From: Candidatus Saccharibacteria bacterium QS_5_54_17
GTDB taxonomy: Bacteria > Patescibacteriota > Saccharimonadia > QS-5-54-17
Length of the DNA: 64,000 nucleotides
Assembly: GCA_003022365.1 (NCBI GenBank)
Contig: PXOU01000019.1
Span: 4,157-68,156, forward strand
Direction: 5' to 3'
Both the position numbers and the translations under genes were made by a program. The notes under the pieces were generated by a model, which was not told where the DNA came from, searched no databases, and saw only the letters and a program-made list of their open reading frames with translations. This document shows, one piece after another, positions 61,685 through 64,000 of this stretch. The stretch's first letter is position 1, and every line of letters begins with the position of its first letter.

Positions 61685-61713
61685 TTGAGTCGCCTTCCCA
61701 GGCCGAGTATACT
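61685..61713 (+). promoter_or_regulatory. candidate ileS promoter TTGAGT-17-TATACT
   Basis: Read from sequence; about 135-nt leader. Confidence 0.45.
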
Positions 61714-61850
61714 AAATCCAATGAACGCGGCTCACCTATATCGGGGGTACATGAAGCACCTATGGGCTTTCGATGCTTCGCCAGGGTATTCATCCGGAGC
61801 TCCCGTCAATACCGCGCGTGCGGTGTCTTAGATAACAGGAGTAGCGCCTT

Positions 61851-64000
61851 ATGAGCGGGCAACAGACCAACAAACACCAATTTGCTGAGCTTGAAGAGCA
61901 AATGCTCGAGGTGTGGCAGCAAGAGGATACCTTTCATCAGAGCATCCAAAATCGCCGGAACGCGGAGCGGTTCAGCTTTCTGGACGGGCCGCCGTATGCC
62001 AACGGCTTACCCCACCACGGGCATGTTGTCTCCTCGCTGGTCAAAGACGCGGTCGCCCGGTACAAAACCATGCAAGGCTATTACGTGCCCCGCCAGGCCG
62101 GTTGGGATTGCCACGGGTTGCCGGTGGAGCAGAAGATCGAGAAAGAGCTCGGCTTCAATAGTCGCCAGGAAATCGAGGAGTACGGAATTGATAAGTTCAA
62201 CCAAGCCTGCCGGGAATCAGTTTTCCGCTATAAGACCGAATGGGAACAGTTCATTTCCCGTCTGGGCCGCTGGGTGGATTTCCAAAACGCCTATGCCACG
62301 CTGGAAAACGAATACATCGAATCCATCTGGTGGGTATTCAAACAGATATGGGAGCAGGACTTGGTCTATGAAGATTACAAATCGCTTCCCTACTGCCCTC
62401 GCTGCGCCACGCCGCTGGCCAATTTCGAAGTTAATCAGGGCTATCAAGACAACGTGCCCGACCCTAGTGTCTATGTCAAATTCCAGCTGACGGATGAAGA
62501 TGCGGCCTTGGTCGCTTGGACGACTACCCCCTGGACACTGCCCGGTAACGCGGCTTTGGCCGTCCGTCCCGAGGCGACCTACGCTAAGGTGGTCCACAAC
62601 CAGGAAACGCTCATCGTGGCCAAGGAACGGCTGGAGATACTCAATGGTGAGTACCATCTGAAGGAGGAAATTGCCGGCAGCCAATTGGTGGGCCGGACCT
62701 ACCATCCGTTATTCCAGCTTAACCGGGACCAATTCGACTTTAACGACAATGCCTATTCAGTATGTGGCGCGGACTTTGTTGGCTTGGAGGAAGGGACCGG
62801 CGTGGTGCATATCGCCCCGGCCTTTGGCGGAGACGATCTGGAAATAGCGGTCGCCCGAGATATACCGATTTTACAGACCATCGACTCCCAAGGTTTCGTT
62901 CCCACCGGCATCGGGCTGGAGACTCTGGAAGGCAGCTACTTCAAGCAAGCCGACCCACCTGTCTTGGAAGCACTCGGCCCGGCCCTATTGCACTCGGAAA
63001 CCATACACCACACCTATCCGTTTTGCTGGCGCTGCGACGAGCCCCTGATGTATTACGCCCTGACGACGTGGTTTATCAAAACCGATCAGGAGCAATTAGT
63101 CAAAAACAACCAGAAGATTAACTGGGTGCCCGGCCACATTAAAAGCGGCCGTTTCGGCAAATGGTTGGCGGGAGCACCCGACTGGTCGTTCTCCCGGAAC
63201 CGGTACTGGGGGGCGCCGCTGCCGATATGGCGGAGTGAAGACGGCGAAGTGGTGGTCATCGGCAGCATCGAGGAGTTGCGCCAGCGGGCCATCAACCCCG
63301 AAGTTATCGACGATCTGCACCGGCCCGACATAGACCAGGTCCGGATCAAAACCGACAGCAACAAGGAAGCGGCCAGGGTGGAGGAGGTCTTCGATGTTTG
63401 GTTCGAGTCCGGCGCCGCGCCGTATGCCAGCTATCACTATCCGTTTGAAAATCAGCAAGAGTTCGAGCACGCCTTCCCGGCCGATTTCATCGCTGAAGGC
63501 ATCGACCAAACTCGGGGGTGGTTCTATACCCTGCATGTGGAAGCCAGCAGCCTGTTTGACGAGCCGGCCTTCCGGAACGCGGTGGTTTCCGGTTGGGTGG
63601 TGGCCGCTGACGGACAAAAATTAAGCAAGAAACTAAAGAATTACACCCCAGTCGACGAAGTCTTCGACCATTACGGGGCGGACACGCTGCGGTATTTCAT
63701 GGCAACGAGTCCGGTGGTAAACGGCGAGGACGTGCGGTTTTCGACCGATTATCTGCGCGACATTCAGCGCAATGTCTTCGCCACGCTTTTCAACACCTAC
63801 AATTTCTTCACCATGTATGCGGGCGTAGATAACTGGGCGCCTCCCGGGCAGTTACGGGAGCCGGAAACGGACAATCCACTGGATAGGTGGATTATCGCCC
63901 GGTTGCATCAGACCGTTGCGCAAACAACCAAGCAGGCGGATAATTTCCAAATCATGAAAGCCGCGGCGCCGGTCAAGGACTTGATCGACGACCTCTCCAA
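61851..64000 (+). CDS. ileS: isoleucyl-tRNA synthetase, N-terminal part; 3' end outside window
   Basis: HIGH region PHHGH, conserved WFESG and editing-domain blocks; the ORF track shows only an out-of-frame ORF here because this frame has no stop in the window. Confidence 0.93.
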   Translation, partial: MSGQQTNKHQFAELEEQMLEVWQQEDTFHQSIQNRRNAERFSFLDGPPYANGLPHHGHVVSSLVKDAVARYKTMQGYYVPRQAGWDCHGLPVEQKIEKELGFNSRQEIEEYGIDKFNQACRESVFRYKTEWEQFISRLGRWVDFQNAYATLENEYIESIWWVFKQIWEQDLVYEDYKSLPYCPRCATPLANFEVNQGYQDNVPDPSVYVKFQLTDEDAALVAWTTTPWTLPGNAALAVRPEATYAKVVHNQETLIVAKERLEILNGEYHLKEEIAGSQLVGRTYHPLFQLNRDQFDFNDNAYSVCGADFVGLEEGTGVVHIAPAFGGDDLEIAVARDIPILQTIDSQGFVPTGIGLETLEGSYFKQADPPVLEALGPALLHSETIHHTYPFCWRCDEPLMYYALTTWFIKTDQEQLVKNNQKINWVPGHIKSGRFGKWLAGAPDWSFSRNRYWGAPLPIWRSEDGEVVVIGSIEELRQRAINPEVIDDLHRPDIDQVRIKTDSNKEAARVEEVFDVWFESGAAPYASYHYPFENQQEFEHAFPADFIAEGIDQTRGWFYTLHVEASSLFDEPAFRNAVVSGWVVAADGQKLSKKLKNYTPVDEVFDHYGADTLRYFMATSPVVNGEDVRFSTDYLRDIQRNVFATLFNTYNFFTMYAGVDNWAPPGQLREPETDNPLDRWIIARLHQTVAQTTKQADNFQIMKAAAPVKDLIDDLS

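Noticed and set aside
61714-61850. T-box riboswitch in the ileS leader
   Set aside because: No T-box consensus (AGGGTGGNACCGCG) or specifier/antiterminator arrangement is recognisable. The leader is probably plain or otherwise regulated.
61882-62490. 202-aa plus-strand ORF listed in the track at the ileS locus
   Set aside because: It is an out-of-frame shadow. The real ileS frame (ATG 61851; PHHGH, WFESG motifs) is open to the window end and so is not listed as a closed ORF.
63420-63436. tRNA T-arm-like GGTTCGAGTCC
   Set aside because: It lies inside the ileS coding frame, encoding the conserved WFESG. There is no acceptor or anticodon-stem complementarity around it, and no tRNA or rRNA genes are evident elsewhere in the window.
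1-64000. Alternative genetic code (UGA recoding, as in some CPR lineages)
   Set aside because: All long conserved genes are intact with standard stops, and the GC content (about 58%) is atypical for recoded lineages.

Overview
Single contig, about 58% GC, all standard genetic code. It carries the bacterial translation and transcription core: rpoB (3' part) and rpoC, then the str operon (rpsL, rpsG, fusA, tuf), then the S10/spc/alpha ribosomal-protein operons through secY, infA, rpmJ, rpsM, rpsK, rpsD, rpoA, rplQ, rplM and rpsI. Downstream lie rluA-like, a SEDS gene, rplU, parAB, lepB(-), an LCP ligase, an HtrA-like protease, the prmC-prfA-rpmE cluster (-), rpsB-tsf-frr-uppS-rseP, a CPBP protease, proS, a sensor kinase, mreBCD-mrdA, greA, a class I lysS fused in frame to serS, hpf, nrdR-nrdJ and the start of ileS. 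Most annotation rests on recognisable conserved protein motifs in the translations plus operon context. The gene content looks reduced in ways typical of Patescibacteria/CPR-like lineages: no L30 between rpsE and rplO, no adk/map between secY and infA, no pyrH between tsf and frr, no rpmA after rplU, and a class I LysRS. This lineage call is an inference, not a computed result. Non-core content: (1) a three-gene insertion (NUDIX hydrolase, small 2-TM protein, membrane-anchored metzincin-like protease) between rpsJ and rplC, with a near-consensus promoter restarting rplC; (2) an IS481-family element with 6-bp target duplication and a frameshifted transposase, next to a cluster of palindromic about-31-bp repeats upstream of rpsB; (3) a promoter-driven small protein with four CxxCxGxG (DnaJ-type zinc-finger) repeats, followed by an about-170-nt nested-stem candidate structured RNA and an orphan histidine kinase; (4) an NrdH-like protein without the CxxC redox site downstream of nrdR-nrdJ; (5) a LysRS(class I)-SerRS continuous ORF that runs through an intrinsic terminator. 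Three frame anomalies sit at homopolymer runs (lysS end, transposase, a membrane protein), so sequencing indels are plausible. Several non-ribosomal genes have a -10 box 6-11 nt before the ATG and no SD, consistent with leaderless mRNAs. No tRNA, rRNA or CRISPR array was detected.
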